From the NCBI RefSeq assembly GCF_044324785.1, contig NZ_CP172127.1: 64,000 nt of DNA; one strand, given 5' to 3'. This document shows, in pieces, positions 52,927-62,634 of the stretch; within the stretch, counting starts at the first letter, position 1, and each line of letters begins with the position of its first letter. The stretch comes from Escherichia coli (lineage in GTDB: Bacteria; Pseudomonadota; Gammaproteobacteria; Enterobacterales; Enterobacteriaceae). A program made the translations under genes and the position numbers. The notes below the pieces were generated by a model. That model ran no database searches. It was given only the letters and a program-made list of their open reading frames with translations, and was not told the DNA's origin.

Positions 52927-53598
52927 TCAGCAACCAATCACCACAACCTGACCACCGTCCCCTTCGTCTGCCGTGCTGATCTCCTGAGAAACCACGCGTG
53001 ACCCCACGCGCATTTCCCCGTACAGAACAGGCAGAACATTGCCCTGGGCAACCATGTTATCCAGTGAGGAGAAATAGGTGTTCTGCTTACCGTTATCCGT
53101 TGTCTGTATACGGGGAGTTCTGGCTTTCGGTGCCAGCATCTGCGCCACACCACCGAGCACCATACTGGCACCGAGAGAAAACAGGATGCCGGTCATACCA
53201 CCGGCCCCAATGGCTGCCCCCCATGCTGCAAGGGTGGCTCCGGCGGTAAAGAATGATCCGGCAATGGCGGCAGCCCCCAGGACAATCTGGAATACGCCAC
53301 CTGACTTGGCCCCGGCGACTCTGGGAACAATATGAATTACAGCGCCATCAGGCAGAGTCTCATGTAACTGCGCCGTTAACCCGGACGTGCTGACGTCCCG
53401 CCCGGCAATCCGTACCTGATACCAGCCGTCGCTCAGTTTCTGACGAAACGCCGGGAGCTGTGTGGCCAGTGCCCGGATGGCTTCAGCCCCCGTTTTCACA
53501 CGAAGGTCGATGCGGCGACCAAATCGTTGTAAATCCCCGTAAAGGCAGATGCGCGCCATGCCCGGTGACGCCAGAGGGAGTGTGTGCGTCGCAGCCAT
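52927..53598 (-). CDS. I: Tail assembly protein I
   Basis: 223-aa ORF with Gly/Ala-rich hydrophobic C-terminal half, lambda gpI-like; overlaps K by ~100 bp. Confidence 0.85.
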   Translation of the reverse strand: MAATHTLPLASPGMARICLYGDLQRFGRRIDLRVKTGAEAIRALATQLPAFRQKLSDGWYQVRIAGRDVSTSGLTAQLHETLPDGAVIHIVPRVAGAKSGGVFQIVLGAAAIAGSFFTAGATLAAWGAAIGAGGMTGILFSLGASMVLGGVAQMLAPKARTPRIQTTDNGKQNTYFSSLDNMVAQGNVLPVLYGEMRVGSRVVSQEISTADEGDGGQVVVIGC

Positions 53599-54239
53599 TT
53601 GTCGGTGTACCTCTCTCGTTTGCTCAGTTGTTCAGGAATATGGTGCAGCAGCTCGCCGTCGCCGCAGTAAATTGCGGCGTGATTCGGCACTGATGAACCA
53701 AAACAGCACAGCAGCACATCGCCCGGCTGTGCCGCTGACAACGGCACCTGATACAGCCCCGTCGCCTCCAGATTATCCAGATAGAGATTCTGGCCGTTAC
53801 GCCACCAGTCATCCTCACGATGAAAGTCCGGCATCTCAATCCCCGCCAGATGATAAGCATCCCGGAACAGTGTGTAACAGTCCGTCACACCGTGCTCAAA
53901 GCGCCGCCCGGTGAGATGCGGCACACAGCGGAACTTATGAATCGTCCCCCGGCAGACCAGCCACCACGGCAAATCACTCTGCACCTGCAGCCGCCGGTCG
54001 GCCTCACTCAGCCAGGGCAGACCACCGGGGTGGCTGTGGACCAGCGCCACAATCTCACCCTGCATTTCTGCCTGCAGCCAGTCTTCCGGCGACATACGGA
54101 AATACGCCTCCGGCTCACCGGAGATATTCACGCAGGGGAAATATCTTTCCCCCTCCGGCGTGCTTACCACGAAGCCGCACGACTCCGCTGGCGCACATCG
54201 CCGGGCGTGCGCCAGAATCGCTGATTCTGTCTGTGTCAT
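53496..54239 (-). CDS. K: Tail assembly protein K (MPN/JAB + NlpC/P60 domains)
   Basis: 247-aa ORF with HSHP JAB-like motif and NlpC/P60-like C-terminal region; lambda gpK-like. Confidence 0.85.
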   Translation of the reverse strand: MTQTESAILAHARRCAPAESCGFVVSTPEGERYFPCVNISGEPEAYFRMSPEDWLQAEMQGEIVALVHSHPGGLPWLSEADRRLQVQSDLPWWLVCRGTIHKFRCVPHLTGRRFEHGVTDCYTLFRDAYHLAGIEMPDFHREDDWWRNGQNLYLDNLEATGLYQVPLSAAQPGDVLLCCFGSSVPNHAAIYCGDGELLHHIPEQLSKRERYTDKWLRRTHSLWRHRAWRASAFTGIYNDLVAASTFV

Positions 54240-54244
54240 GGGAT

Positions 54245-54943
54245 TTACTGCGAAAGTTTGTTAATGGAAAGGAAGCCGCCAAAGTTGCCGACGTTATTGC
54301 GGAACTTACAACCGCTCAGGCATTTGCTGCATTTATCCTTCGTGATATCGGACGTTGGCTGGTCATATTCATCCGCGACAGCCGGACCGCTATAACCGCA
54401 CTCGTCACCGCGATAGGTCCAGGTGCAGGTGTTGGCCAGCATGATACGTCCCGGAAAAACAGCGCCATCCGTTTCCGTCGGCGTGGACAGTACAAAGGAG
54501 GCACTCACCGCGCTCAGTTCGCTGCACTGCTCAATGCGCCAGCGGCTGATCACCTCCTGCTCCGGATCGGCGTAACTGTTTCCGTTGACGAAGTTCACCG
54601 CATCCAGAAAACGGGCGTAAACCTTACGCCGGACCACCGTTCCGCCGACCAGACTCTGCATATCTTCCGCCATCCCGGTGACCATACCGTACAGGTTAGA
54701 AACCGTCAGCGTGGGGCGCGTACTGGTGCCTTTGCCATTCAGTTCAAAACCGCTCCCCTGAATGGGATACGGCTGATACTGTCGCCCCTGCCAGGTGACC
54801 GGCTCACCTTTTTCGTTCTGCTCATTACAGAAAAAATAACGTTCTCCACCGACCTCTGTCAGGTCGATTTCCCAGAGCACCACGCTGGCCGACTGCTCCG
54901 CACGGGTGCATTCATTCAGTGTTTCCTGCCGGATATCCTGCAT
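54245..54943 (-). CDS. L: Minor tail protein L
   Basis: 232-aa ORF MQDIRQETLNECTRAEQSASVVLWEIDL..., lambda gpL-like. Confidence 0.85.
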   Translation of the reverse strand: MQDIRQETLNECTRAEQSASVVLWEIDLTEVGGERYFFCNEQNEKGEPVTWQGRQYQPYPIQGSGFELNGKGTSTRPTLTVSNLYGMVTGMAEDMQSLVGGTVVRRKVYARFLDAVNFVNGNSYADPEQEVISRWRIEQCSELSAVSASFVLSTPTETDGAVFPGRIMLANTCTWTYRGDECGYSGPAVADEYDQPTSDITKDKCSKCLSGCKFRNNVGNFGGFLSINKLSQ

Positions 54944-55272
54944 CAGTTCACCACCTGTTCAAACTCTGCGCTGAACTCAACACGCAGCATACTGACCCGC
55001 GACGACCATTTTGCGCAGGTCACCTTTATCTGCCGCCACTCATAAGGCGGCGTCCACAGAAAGGATTTCCAGCCCCCGTGCTCTTCCAGAAACGACTCCA
55101 GTACCGTGGCCTCCTCACGGGGGACAGAAAGCGTCACGCTGTACGTTTTCAGGTTGGCATTCAGCCCGGCAGGCGCTCGCTGAGAATAGCCATCACCAAA
55201 GCGCACCTTTCTTACAGAAGGGACCGAAGCCACATCCATACCGGGTTTCACTTTCCAGCGGAAGGTCTTCAT
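54943..55272 (-). CDS. M: Minor tail protein M
   Basis: 109-aa ORF MKTFRWKVKPGMDVASVPSVRKVRFGDGYSQ..., lambda gpM-like. Confidence 0.85.
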   Translation of the reverse strand: MKTFRWKVKPGMDVASVPSVRKVRFGDGYSQRAPAGLNANLKTYSVTLSVPREEATVLESFLEEHGGWKSFLWTPPYEWRQIKVTCAKWSSRVSMLRVEFSAEFEQVVN

Positions 55273-57830
55273 CGTCCACCTCCGGAGAACAGGCCACCAT
55301 CACGCATCTGTGTCTGAATTTCATCACGGGCACCCTTGCGGGCCATGTCATACACCGCCTTCAGAGCAGCCGGACCTATCTGCCCGTTCGTGCCGTCGTT
55401 GTTAATCACCACATGGTTATTCTGCTCAAACGTCCCGGACGCCTGCGACCGGCTGTCTGCCATGCTGCCAGGTGTACCGACATAACCGCCGGTGGCATAG
55501 CCGCGCATCAGCCGGTAAAGATTCCCCACGCCAATCCGGCTGGTTGCCTCCTTCGTGAAGACAAACTCACCACGGTGAACAATCCCCGCTGGCTCATATT
55601 TGCCGCCGGTTCCCGTAAATCCTCCGGTTGCAAAATGGAATTTCGCCGCAGCGGCCTGAATGGCTGTACCGCCTGACGCGGATGCGCCGCCACCAACAGC
55701 CCCGCCAATGGCGCTGCCGATACTCCCGACAATCCCCACCATTGCCTGCTTAAGCAGAATTTCTGTCATCATGGACAGCACGGAACGGGTGAAGCTGCGC
55801 CAGTTCTGCTCACTGCCGGTCAGCATCGCCGCCATATTCTGTGCAATACCATCAAAGGTCTGCGTGGCTGCACTTTTTACCTGCGACATACTGTCCGTGG
55901 CGCTCTCTTCCCACTCACTCCAGCCGGACTTCAGGCCTGCCATCCAGTTCCCGCGAAGCTGGTCTTCAGCCGCCCAGGTCTTTTTCTGCTCTGACATGAC
56001 GTTATTCAGCGCCAGCGGATTATCGCCATACTGTTCCTTCAGGCGCTGTTCCGTGGCTTCCCGTTCTGCCTGCCGGTCAGTCAGCCCCCGGCTTTTCGCA
56101 TCAATGGCGGCCCGTTTTGCCCGTTGCTGCTGTGCGAATTTATCCGCCTGCTGCGCCAGCGCGTTCAGGCGCTCCTGATACGTAACCTTGTCGCCAAGTG
56201 CAGCCAGCTGGCGTTTGTACTCCAGCGTCTCATCTTTATGCGCCAGCAGGGATTTCTCCTGTGCAGACAGCTGGCGACGTTGCGCCGCCTCCTCCAGTAC
56301 CGCGAACTGACTCTCCGCCTTCCACAAATCCCGGCGCTGCTGGCTGATTTTCTCATTTGCTCCGGCATGCTTCTCCAGCGTCCGGAGTTCTGCCTGAAGC
56401 GTCAGCAGGGCAGCATGAGCACTGTCTTCCTGACGATCGCCCGCAGACACCTTCACGCCGGACTGTTTCGGCTTTTTCAGCGTCGCTTCATAATCCTTTT
56501 TCGCCGCCGCCATCAGCGTGTTGTAATCCGCCTGCAGGATTTTCCCGTCTTTCAGTGCCTTGTTCAGTTCTTCCTGACGGGCGGTATATTTCTCCAGCGG
56601 CGTCTGCAGCCGTTCGTAAGCCTTCTGCGCCTCTTCGGTATATTTCAGCCGTGACGCTTCGGTATCGCTCTGCTGCTGCGCATTTTTGTCCTGTTGAGTC
56701 TGCTGCTCAGCCTTCTTTCGGGCGGCTTCAAGCGCAAGACGGGCCTTTTCACGATCATCCCAGTAACGCGCCCGCGCTTCATCGTTAACAAAATAATCAT
56801 CCTTGCGCAGATTCCAGATGTCGTCTGCTTTCTTATACGCAGCCTCTGCCTTAATCAGCATCTCCTGCGCGGTATCAGGACGACCAATATCCAGCACCGC
56901 ATCCCACATGGATTTGAATGCCCGCGCAGTCCTGTCTGCCCAGGTCTCCAGCGTGCCCATGTTCTCTTTCAGGCGGCGGGTCTGGTCATCAAACCCTTTC
57001 GTTGCGGCCTCGTTCGCCGCCTGCAATGCCCCGGCTTCATCGCCGGAACGCTGCAACTGAGCAACATACGCAATCTGCTCCGCCGTCACGTTATGGAACT
57101 GGCGAGCCATCGCCGTCAGCCCCGACGTCGGGTCTGTGGTCAGCTTCCCGAAGGCTTCAGCGACCTTGTCCACCTCCACGCCGGATGCAGAGGAGAAACG
57201 CGCCACACTCTGGCTGATGGACGCAATCTGAGCCTCACCGCTTACCCCCGCCTTAACCAGTGCGCTGAGTGACTCGCTGGTCTGGTTAAACGTCAGCCCT
57301 GCCGCCTGCCCGGCTCTGGACAGGACCAGCATACGATCTGCCGTCAGTCCCGCCTGATTGCCGGAAAGGACCAGCGTTTTGTTGAAATCGGACAGGGTTG
57401 AGTTGCCCTGATACCAGGCATACGCCAGCGCACCGGTCGCCACCGCCAGCGAGGTGGCCCCCACCATCGGCAGGGTGATCGCACCGGCAAGCCCCCTGAA
57501 CATGGGGATCATCCCGCCGAAGGAGTCCTTCACCTGCCCCCCCTGTTGCAGCAGGATCAGCCACGGACTTTGCCCGCCTGCAAGCTGCGTGGCCACGTCG
57601 GTGAACTGTGCAGGCAGCATACGCATGGCGGCTTTATACTGCCCGACGGAAATCCCCGCTTTCTGTGCAGCCAGCGCCTGTCGGCTCAGCGACTGTTCAA
57701 CGACTGCCGCTGTTTTTTTCGCATCACTTTCCGTACCGGAAAAATGACGCCTGACTCTGGCCATCTGCTCGTCAAATCTGGCCGCATCCAGACTCAAATC
57801 AACGACCAGATCGCCTACCGGTTCAGCCAT
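55269..57830 (-). CDS. H: Tail tape-measure protein H
   Basis: 853-aa ORF, coiled-coil-rich with Gly-rich C-terminal region; lambda gpH-like by sequence and position. Confidence 0.9.
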   Translation of the reverse strand: MAEPVGDLVVDLSLDAARFDEQMARVRRHFSGTESDAKKTAAVVEQSLSRQALAAQKAGISVGQYKAAMRMLPAQFTDVATQLAGGQSPWLILLQQGGQVKDSFGGMIPMFRGLAGAITLPMVGATSLAVATGALAYAWYQGNSTLSDFNKTLVLSGNQAGLTADRMLVLSRAGQAAGLTFNQTSESLSALVKAGVSGEAQIASISQSVARFSSASGVEVDKVAEAFGKLTTDPTSGLTAMARQFHNVTAEQIAYVAQLQRSGDEAGALQAANEAATKGFDDQTRRLKENMGTLETWADRTARAFKSMWDAVLDIGRPDTAQEMLIKAEAAYKKADDIWNLRKDDYFVNDEARARYWDDREKARLALEAARKKAEQQTQQDKNAQQQSDTEASRLKYTEEAQKAYERLQTPLEKYTARQEELNKALKDGKILQADYNTLMAAAKKDYEATLKKPKQSGVKVSAGDRQEDSAHAALLTLQAELRTLEKHAGANEKISQQRRDLWKAESQFAVLEEAAQRRQLSAQEKSLLAHKDETLEYKRQLAALGDKVTYQERLNALAQQADKFAQQQRAKRAAIDAKSRGLTDRQAEREATEQRLKEQYGDNPLALNNVMSEQKKTWAAEDQLRGNWMAGLKSGWSEWEESATDSMSQVKSAATQTFDGIAQNMAAMLTGSEQNWRSFTRSVLSMMTEILLKQAMVGIVGSIGSAIGGAVGGGASASGGTAIQAAAAKFHFATGGFTGTGGKYEPAGIVHRGEFVFTKEATSRIGVGNLYRLMRGYATGGYVGTPGSMADSRSQASGTFEQNNHVVINNDGTNGQIGPAALKAVYDMARKGARDEIQTQMRDGGLFSGGGR

Positions 57831-58661
57831 ACCGGACTCCTCCTGCGATCCCTTCTGATACTGTCATCAGCATTACGTCATCCTCCGTCATGTCCGCCAC
57901 ATCCGGGGAAGCGGGGATAACTTCATTCCCGTCCGGGCCAAAGCGGACACCTCCGGCAAGCCCTGCCGCTTTCTGCATCAGCACATCATCTTCAGGCTCT
58001 TCGTCAGCCTCGCGCCGGTTCAGCAGACTGAAATCCAGCGGATGCATATCCGGATCGCTGAAAAACAGGCTGAGCACGGTGTACGTCAGCCCGGAAAAGT
58101 GCATATCCAGCAGAACATCATGAAAATAATGGGTACTGTAAAAGCGGTGCCAGTCGGCATACTCCGTGGATGACATCCCGGCAAGCATGGCACGCCAGTC
58201 GGGTCGCCCCATCTCACGCGCCAGTTTCAGGGCAAAACTCAGCTCACCGTCGAACACTTTCCCGCAGAAACAGGCTCTGCGGGCCCGGCGTCCTCTGTCT
58301 GTTCAGGGGCATTATTCACCACAAACTCATACATACCAGACAGCCGGTACACCACGTTTTCAGCATGAGAAATTGCCTCCGTGGGCCAGGTGGTAAGCAC
58401 TTCCTGCTCAATCTGTTTAACGGCTTCATTCATGGACGGCATCTGCGTCTTCTGCGGATGGTTATGCCACAGGGACATCGCCACCAGAAACGCGCCGGTT
58501 CTGATGGCGTCTTCCACAGTAAACTTCCGGTTGCTGTCTGACTCCGCCTGTTCTGCCTGCCGTTTCATCAGGGCGAGATGCTCAATGCGCTGCAGGGCTG
58601 ACAGTTCAGAAAGCGTGACGGTCACACCGTTATGTTCAAATGATTCGGTTTTCAGGAACAT
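57823..58661 (-). CDS. G-T: Tail assembly chaperone G-T fusion produced by programmed -1 ribosomal frameshift
   Basis: G frame (58239..58661) and overlapping -1 frame ORF (57823..58257); slippery heptamer G GGA AAG at 58257..58263 (minus strand) in the last codons of G, as in lambda. Confidence 0.75.
58239..58661 (-). CDS. G: Tail assembly chaperone G
   Basis: 140-aa ORF MFLKTESFEHNGVTVTLSELSALQRIEHLALMKRQ..., lambda gpG. Confidence 0.85.
   Translation of the reverse strand: MFLKTESFEHNGVTVTLSELSALQRIEHLALMKRQAEQAESDSNRKFTVEDAIRTGAFLVAMSLWHNHPQKTQMPSMNEAVKQIEQEVLTTWPTEAISHAENVVYRLSGMYEFVVNNAPEQTEDAGPAEPVSAGKCSTVS
58257..58263 (-). promoter_or_regulatory. Programmed -1 frameshift slippery site GGGAAAG (G/G-T)
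   Basis: Heptamer in X XXY YYZ register of the G frame (codons GCG GGA AAG), 6 codons before the G stop. Confidence 0.7.
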
Positions 58662-58676
58662 CGCTGACTCTCCGGA

Positions 58677-59417
58677 TTAACTGGCGGTGACGGTAATTTC
58701 TGCAACCGCAGCAAACTCACCATTACCGGATACAACCGGAATGTTGACCTTGCCTGCAGCAACGCCGTTCACGGTGATGGTCATACCACTGACCGACACG
58801 GTGGCTTTTGTTTTATCCGCAGACACCGCACGAAAGCTCTTGTCGGTTACGCCCTCCGGCTGGAAGGCCACGGTCAGCGTGGTGCTCTGCCCTTTCACCA
58901 CCGAGGTGCTGGCAGGCGTCACGGTCATGCCGGTTGCCGCTGTTACCGTGCTGCGATCTTCTGCCATCGACGGACGTCCCACATTGGTGACTTTCACCGT
59001 GCGGGTGATCACTTCCTTCGCCGTCACCGCCTTACCGATACTGCTGACCCAGCCACGGAACACATCGACCGTGCCGTTCGGGAAGCGGATTTTATAGGCA
59101 CGGGTATCGCCTTCATTAAACCACGCCAGCAGCGCCTGCTGCCCCTGCTCTCCGGGCATCCACGCCAGCGTGAAGCTGGTATCTCCGGCAGATTTCTGCC
59201 CCTGCCCGGTCGCAGTCCAGTCTGCATCTTCATCATCGAGATAGCTGTCGTCATAGGACTCAGCGGTCAGTTCGCCGGGCGTCAGGTCTTTAACTTTTGC
59301 CAGACGCGACCAGTCAACGTCTGAAAGCGGATTCGCATAAGGGTCACCGCTCCCCTTATAAACCCACAGGGTGGTCCCGGCACCTTTCACCGGCATTGTA
59401 GGATTTGGTACAGGCAT
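58677..59417 (-). CDS. V: Major tail tube protein V (with C-terminal Ig-like Big_2 domain)
   Basis: ORF 58677..59447; ATG at 59417 gives 246 aa [31 protein letters not shown]..., lambda gpV. Confidence 0.9.
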
Positions 59418-59424
59418 AGCGTCC

Positions 59425-59820
59425 TCACATTTCATAGGTAATGACATAAGTCAGATCGGCTGAACTCCACAGGCCCGCATCATCGTCGCGCCGGTAGTCA
59501 TAGCCGCTGGCCACCATACTGGTGATCAAATCTGACAGTGCCGGGATATCGCTCATCACCGGATAAATCCGGGACTCCATCCACGCATCCAGCTCTGAAT
59601 CCGGCACCTGAGCAGGCAGGAAAACTTCGATATGCAGCTCCGCCTGCCAGGTATCGCTGTCCAGCTCTTCGCCCGTGTATTCAGCGCCGGTGAGATAAAC
59701 GGCAACTGCCGGAAAATCCGCCTCATCAAAAACAGCGGGGCGACCATCAAAAAACGTCGCCCCGGTGTCATGCTTCTCCAGTGCATCCAGTACGGCTGCA
59801 CGGAGTTCAGTATGTTTCAT
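59425..59820 (-). CDS. U: Tail terminator protein U
   Basis: 131-aa [36 protein letters not shown]..., lambda gpU. Confidence 0.9.
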
Positions 59821-60395
59821 CGCTTTATTACCATCCTCAGTTGATGCTGCAGCGCATAGCCCAGCTCTTTCGGAAGACGTTCACGCCGTATCCGCTCAAT
59901 ATTTTGTTTAAACGCCGTGGTCAGCGGCTCCGCCATCGGGATTTTCACCACATCAATGGGGTAACGGTTTTTCCCGGCCACACGCTGCATGACATGCCAC
60001 CGGCCATTTTTCAGTTGCTGAATAAACGCGCCGGGAATACGACGGTTACCCACCACAAGCACGCTGCCGCCACCTTTCAGGGATGAACGCTGCCCCTTTT
60101 TACGACGCCTGCGGCGCGAAAGGACAACCCGCGCATTACCCAGCTTGATTACGGGCAAATCCCCCCGGTTAACTTTGATTCTGGCCTGCGGATTTTTGAC
60201 CGTGGCCCTTTTCAGCCTGGCCCTTTCCTTTACCAGTTTCCGGCGTACCTTTGTCTCACGGGCAACCTGTGACGCCGACTGCGATATCGCGGATGAAGCA
60301 ACGCGGTTAATGGCCATTGCGGCGGCACCAGGCACCGCCGTTTTGCTGATACGGCTGAGGTTTTCAACGGCCTGCTCAAGACCTTTTATGGCCAT
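59817..60395 (-). CDS. Z: Tail completion protein Z
   Basis: 192-aa ORF MAIKGLEQAVENLSRISKTAVPGAAAMAINR..., lambda gpZ. Confidence 0.85.
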   Translation of the reverse strand: MAIKGLEQAVENLSRISKTAVPGAAAMAINRVASSAISQSASQVARETKVRRKLVKERARLKRATVKNPQARIKVNRGDLPVIKLGNARVVLSRRRRRKKGQRSSLKGGGSVLVVGNRRIPGAFIQQLKNGRWHVMQRVAGKNRYPIDVVKIPMAEPLTTAFKQNIERIRRERLPKELGYALQHQLRMVIKR

Positions 60396-60406
60396 ACATC
60401 CCCCTT

Positions 60407-60760
60407 TCAGCGGCGACGGTTAACGGCAGGCGGTACGCCCCGTCCAAGCCAGAGATGACAACTTCCGCCATCATCCGGCGAAACCCGATCTACCCAGAAA
60501 TTTTCCTCACCGATGGTCAGCGTGTCTCCACGCCGCAGCTGCCGCACCTCATCAGTCCGGACAAACAGGGACGGGCTGGAGCCTTCAACGCGCACGCCCT
60601 GTCCGGCATAGCTGATATTTTCAGGGTCATCAAAAACACCACGTATCACCGCACCTGACTGCTCACCGGATGTAATGGTGGCTGACGTTCCCATGTACCC
60701 GCGTATCGTTTCATCGGCGCGGGCAATGGCAGCATCGAACAGGTTATCGAAATCAGCCAC
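60407..60760 (-). CDS. FII: Head-tail joining protein FII
   Basis: 117-aa ORF MADFDNLFDAAIARADETIRGYMGTSATITSG..., lambda gpFII. Confidence 0.85.
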   Translation of the reverse strand: MADFDNLFDAAIARADETIRGYMGTSATITSGEQSGAVIRGVFDDPENISYAGQGVRVEGSSPSLFVRTDEVRQLRRGDTLTIGEENFWVDRVSPDDGGSCHLWLGRGVPPAVNRRR

Positions 60761-60771
60761 AGCGCCTCCCG

Positions 60772-61170
60772 TTATTGCATTCTGGCCAGGCCGCGCTCTG
60801 TCATTTCGGCTGCCACACCGGCAGAGACACGAAACGCCGTTCCCGGCAGCACAAATGCCACAGGTTCATCCCGCGTGGCGTGAAGTGCATCAGTATGCAG
60901 CTTCACCAGTGCCACGACCGTGACCAGTTCAGACGTATCCAGAATCACGGTATCCGGCTGCGCTGATCCCACCTCATTTTCATGTCCGGTCAGCACATTT
61001 TCCCGGCTGAGAGGGGTGTCCTGACCGGCAGTTTCATCCGTGTCATCAAGCTCCTCTTTCAGCTCTGCCACACGGAGCGCCAGTTCTTCTTTCGTCCCCG
61101 TCAGGCTGACATCACGGTTCAGTTGTTCACCCAGCGAGCGGAGACGGGCAATCAGTTCATCTTTCGTCAT
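60772..61170 (-). CDS. FI: DNA packaging protein FI
   Basis: ORF 60772..61209; ATG at 61170 gives 132 aa MTKDELIARLRSLGEQLNRDVSLTGTKEELALRVAELKEE..., lambda gpFI. Confidence 0.85.
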   Translation of the reverse strand: MTKDELIARLRSLGEQLNRDVSLTGTKEELALRVAELKEELDDTDETAGQDTPLSRENVLTGHENEVGSAQPDTVILDTSELVTVVALVKLHTDALHATRDEPVAFVLPGTAFRVSAGVAAEMTERGLARMQ

Positions 61171-61211
61171 GGACTCCTCCACAGAGAAACAATGGCCCCG
61201 AAGGGCCATGA

Positions 61212-62237
61212 TTACGCCAGTTGTACGGACACGAACTCATCAGGGTCAGCCAGCAGCATCAGCGGTGCTGACTGAATCATGGTGAACTCACGCGCCGGAT
61301 CGCCGGTGGTCACCCAGTTTTTCGGGTAACGGGCAGAGGCGTTAATGCCTTCGCGCTGTGCGTCCGCATCCTGAATGCAGCCATAGGTGCGCAGACCGCG
61401 TGCCTGAGTGTTCCCCAGCACCATCGTGTTGTCCGGCAGGAAGTTCTTTTTGACGCCGTTTTCCACGTACTGTCCGGAATACACGACGATGGCCACATCG
61501 CCATACATCCCCTTATAGGACACCGCTTTGCCCAGGTCTTTCACCGCTGTCTCCAGCTCGGAATTAGAGCCACGACGGGTATCCAGCTTCTCCTTGACGG
61601 CTTTGAAGGAACGGAACAGCGCCCAGCCTTTCGGATCGAACACGATGATATTCACCACACCGCTGGCGTTCAGCGCGTAGGCTTCGATATCGTCGGTCGG
61701 GTCATACGTGGACTTGTCACGCTTGCTCCACTCCGTGCCGCCGGACTGCGTGATGTTATTCTCCTCACTGCGGCCCATATCCACCTCAACCGGATCGAAG
61801 GCTTCACCGGTCATGGTGTATTTGCCCTTAAGCACGGCAGAAACTGCCTGCATCTCTTCGACCTGAGCAATGGCCAGCTCTTCGTCACGCATGTTCTGCA
61901 TGATGATGCGACGGCGGCGGTAAGCCGGGTCCGCCAGATTCTGCGGATCTTCATCCGGCAGGCGACGCAGGGTCATCTGCGGATTCACTTCATGCTTCGG
62001 CTTGACATATCCCGGCGTAAATTCAGAGGTGGAGCCGCCACGGGAACGGATAACCTCACCGGAAACAATCGGCGAAACGTACAGCGCCATGTTTACCAGT
62101 CCCGGAATTTGTGAGAGATAGACTTTCTCCGTGGTGAAGGGATAGCTCTCACGGAAAAAGAGACGCAGAAACAGCGGATCAAACTTAAATTTCTGCTCAT
62201 TTGCCGCCAGCAGTTGGGCGGTTGTGTACATCGACAT
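61212..62237 (-). CDS. E: Major capsid protein E
   Basis: ORF 61212..62264; ATG at 62237 gives 341 aa MSMYTTAQLLAANEQKFKFDPLFLRLFFRESYPF..., lambda gpE. Confidence 0.9.
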   Translation of the reverse strand: MSMYTTAQLLAANEQKFKFDPLFLRLFFRESYPFTTEKVYLSQIPGLVNMALYVSPIVSGEVIRSRGGSTSEFTPGYVKPKHEVNPQMTLRRLPDEDPQNLADPAYRRRRIIMQNMRDEELAIAQVEEMQAVSAVLKGKYTMTGEAFDPVEVDMGRSEENNITQSGGTEWSKRDKSTYDPTDDIEAYALNASGVVNIIVFDPKGWALFRSFKAVKEKLDTRRGSNSELETAVKDLGKAVSYKGMYGDVAIVVYSGQYVENGVKKNFLPDNTMVLGNTQARGLRTYGCIQDADAQREGINASARYPKNWVTTGDPAREFTMIQSAPLMLLADPDEFVSVQLA

Positions 62238-62292
62238 AAAAAAATCCCGTAAAAAAAGCCGCACAGGCGGCCTTTAGTGATGAAGGGTAAAG

Positions 62293-62625
62293 TTAAACGA
62301 TGCTGATTGCCGTTCCGGCAAACGCGGTCCGTTTTTTCGTCTCGTCGCTGGCAGCCTCCGGCCAGAGCACATCCTCATAACGGAACGTGCCGGACTTGTA
62401 GAACGTCAGCGTGGTGCTGGTCTGGTCAGCAGCAACCGCAAGAATGCCAACGGCAGCACCGTCGGTGGTGCCATCCCACGCAACCAGCTTACGGCTGGAG
62501 GTGTCCAGCATCAGCGGGGTCATTGCAGGCGCTTTCGCACTCAATCCGCCGGGCGCGGTTGCGGTATGAGCCGGGTCACTGTTGCCCTGCGGCTGGTAAT
62601 GGGTAAAGGTTTCTTTGCTCGTCAT
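62293..62625 (-). CDS. D: Head decoration protein D
   Basis: ATG at 62625 gives 110 aa [41 protein letters not shown]..., lambda gpD. Confidence 0.9.
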
Positions 62626-62634
62626 AAACATCCC

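Noticed and set aside
55660-57747. Multiple + strand ORFs of 85-192 aa
   Set aside because: All lie antisense within the tape-measure gene H; Arg/Ser/Cys-rich spurious translations
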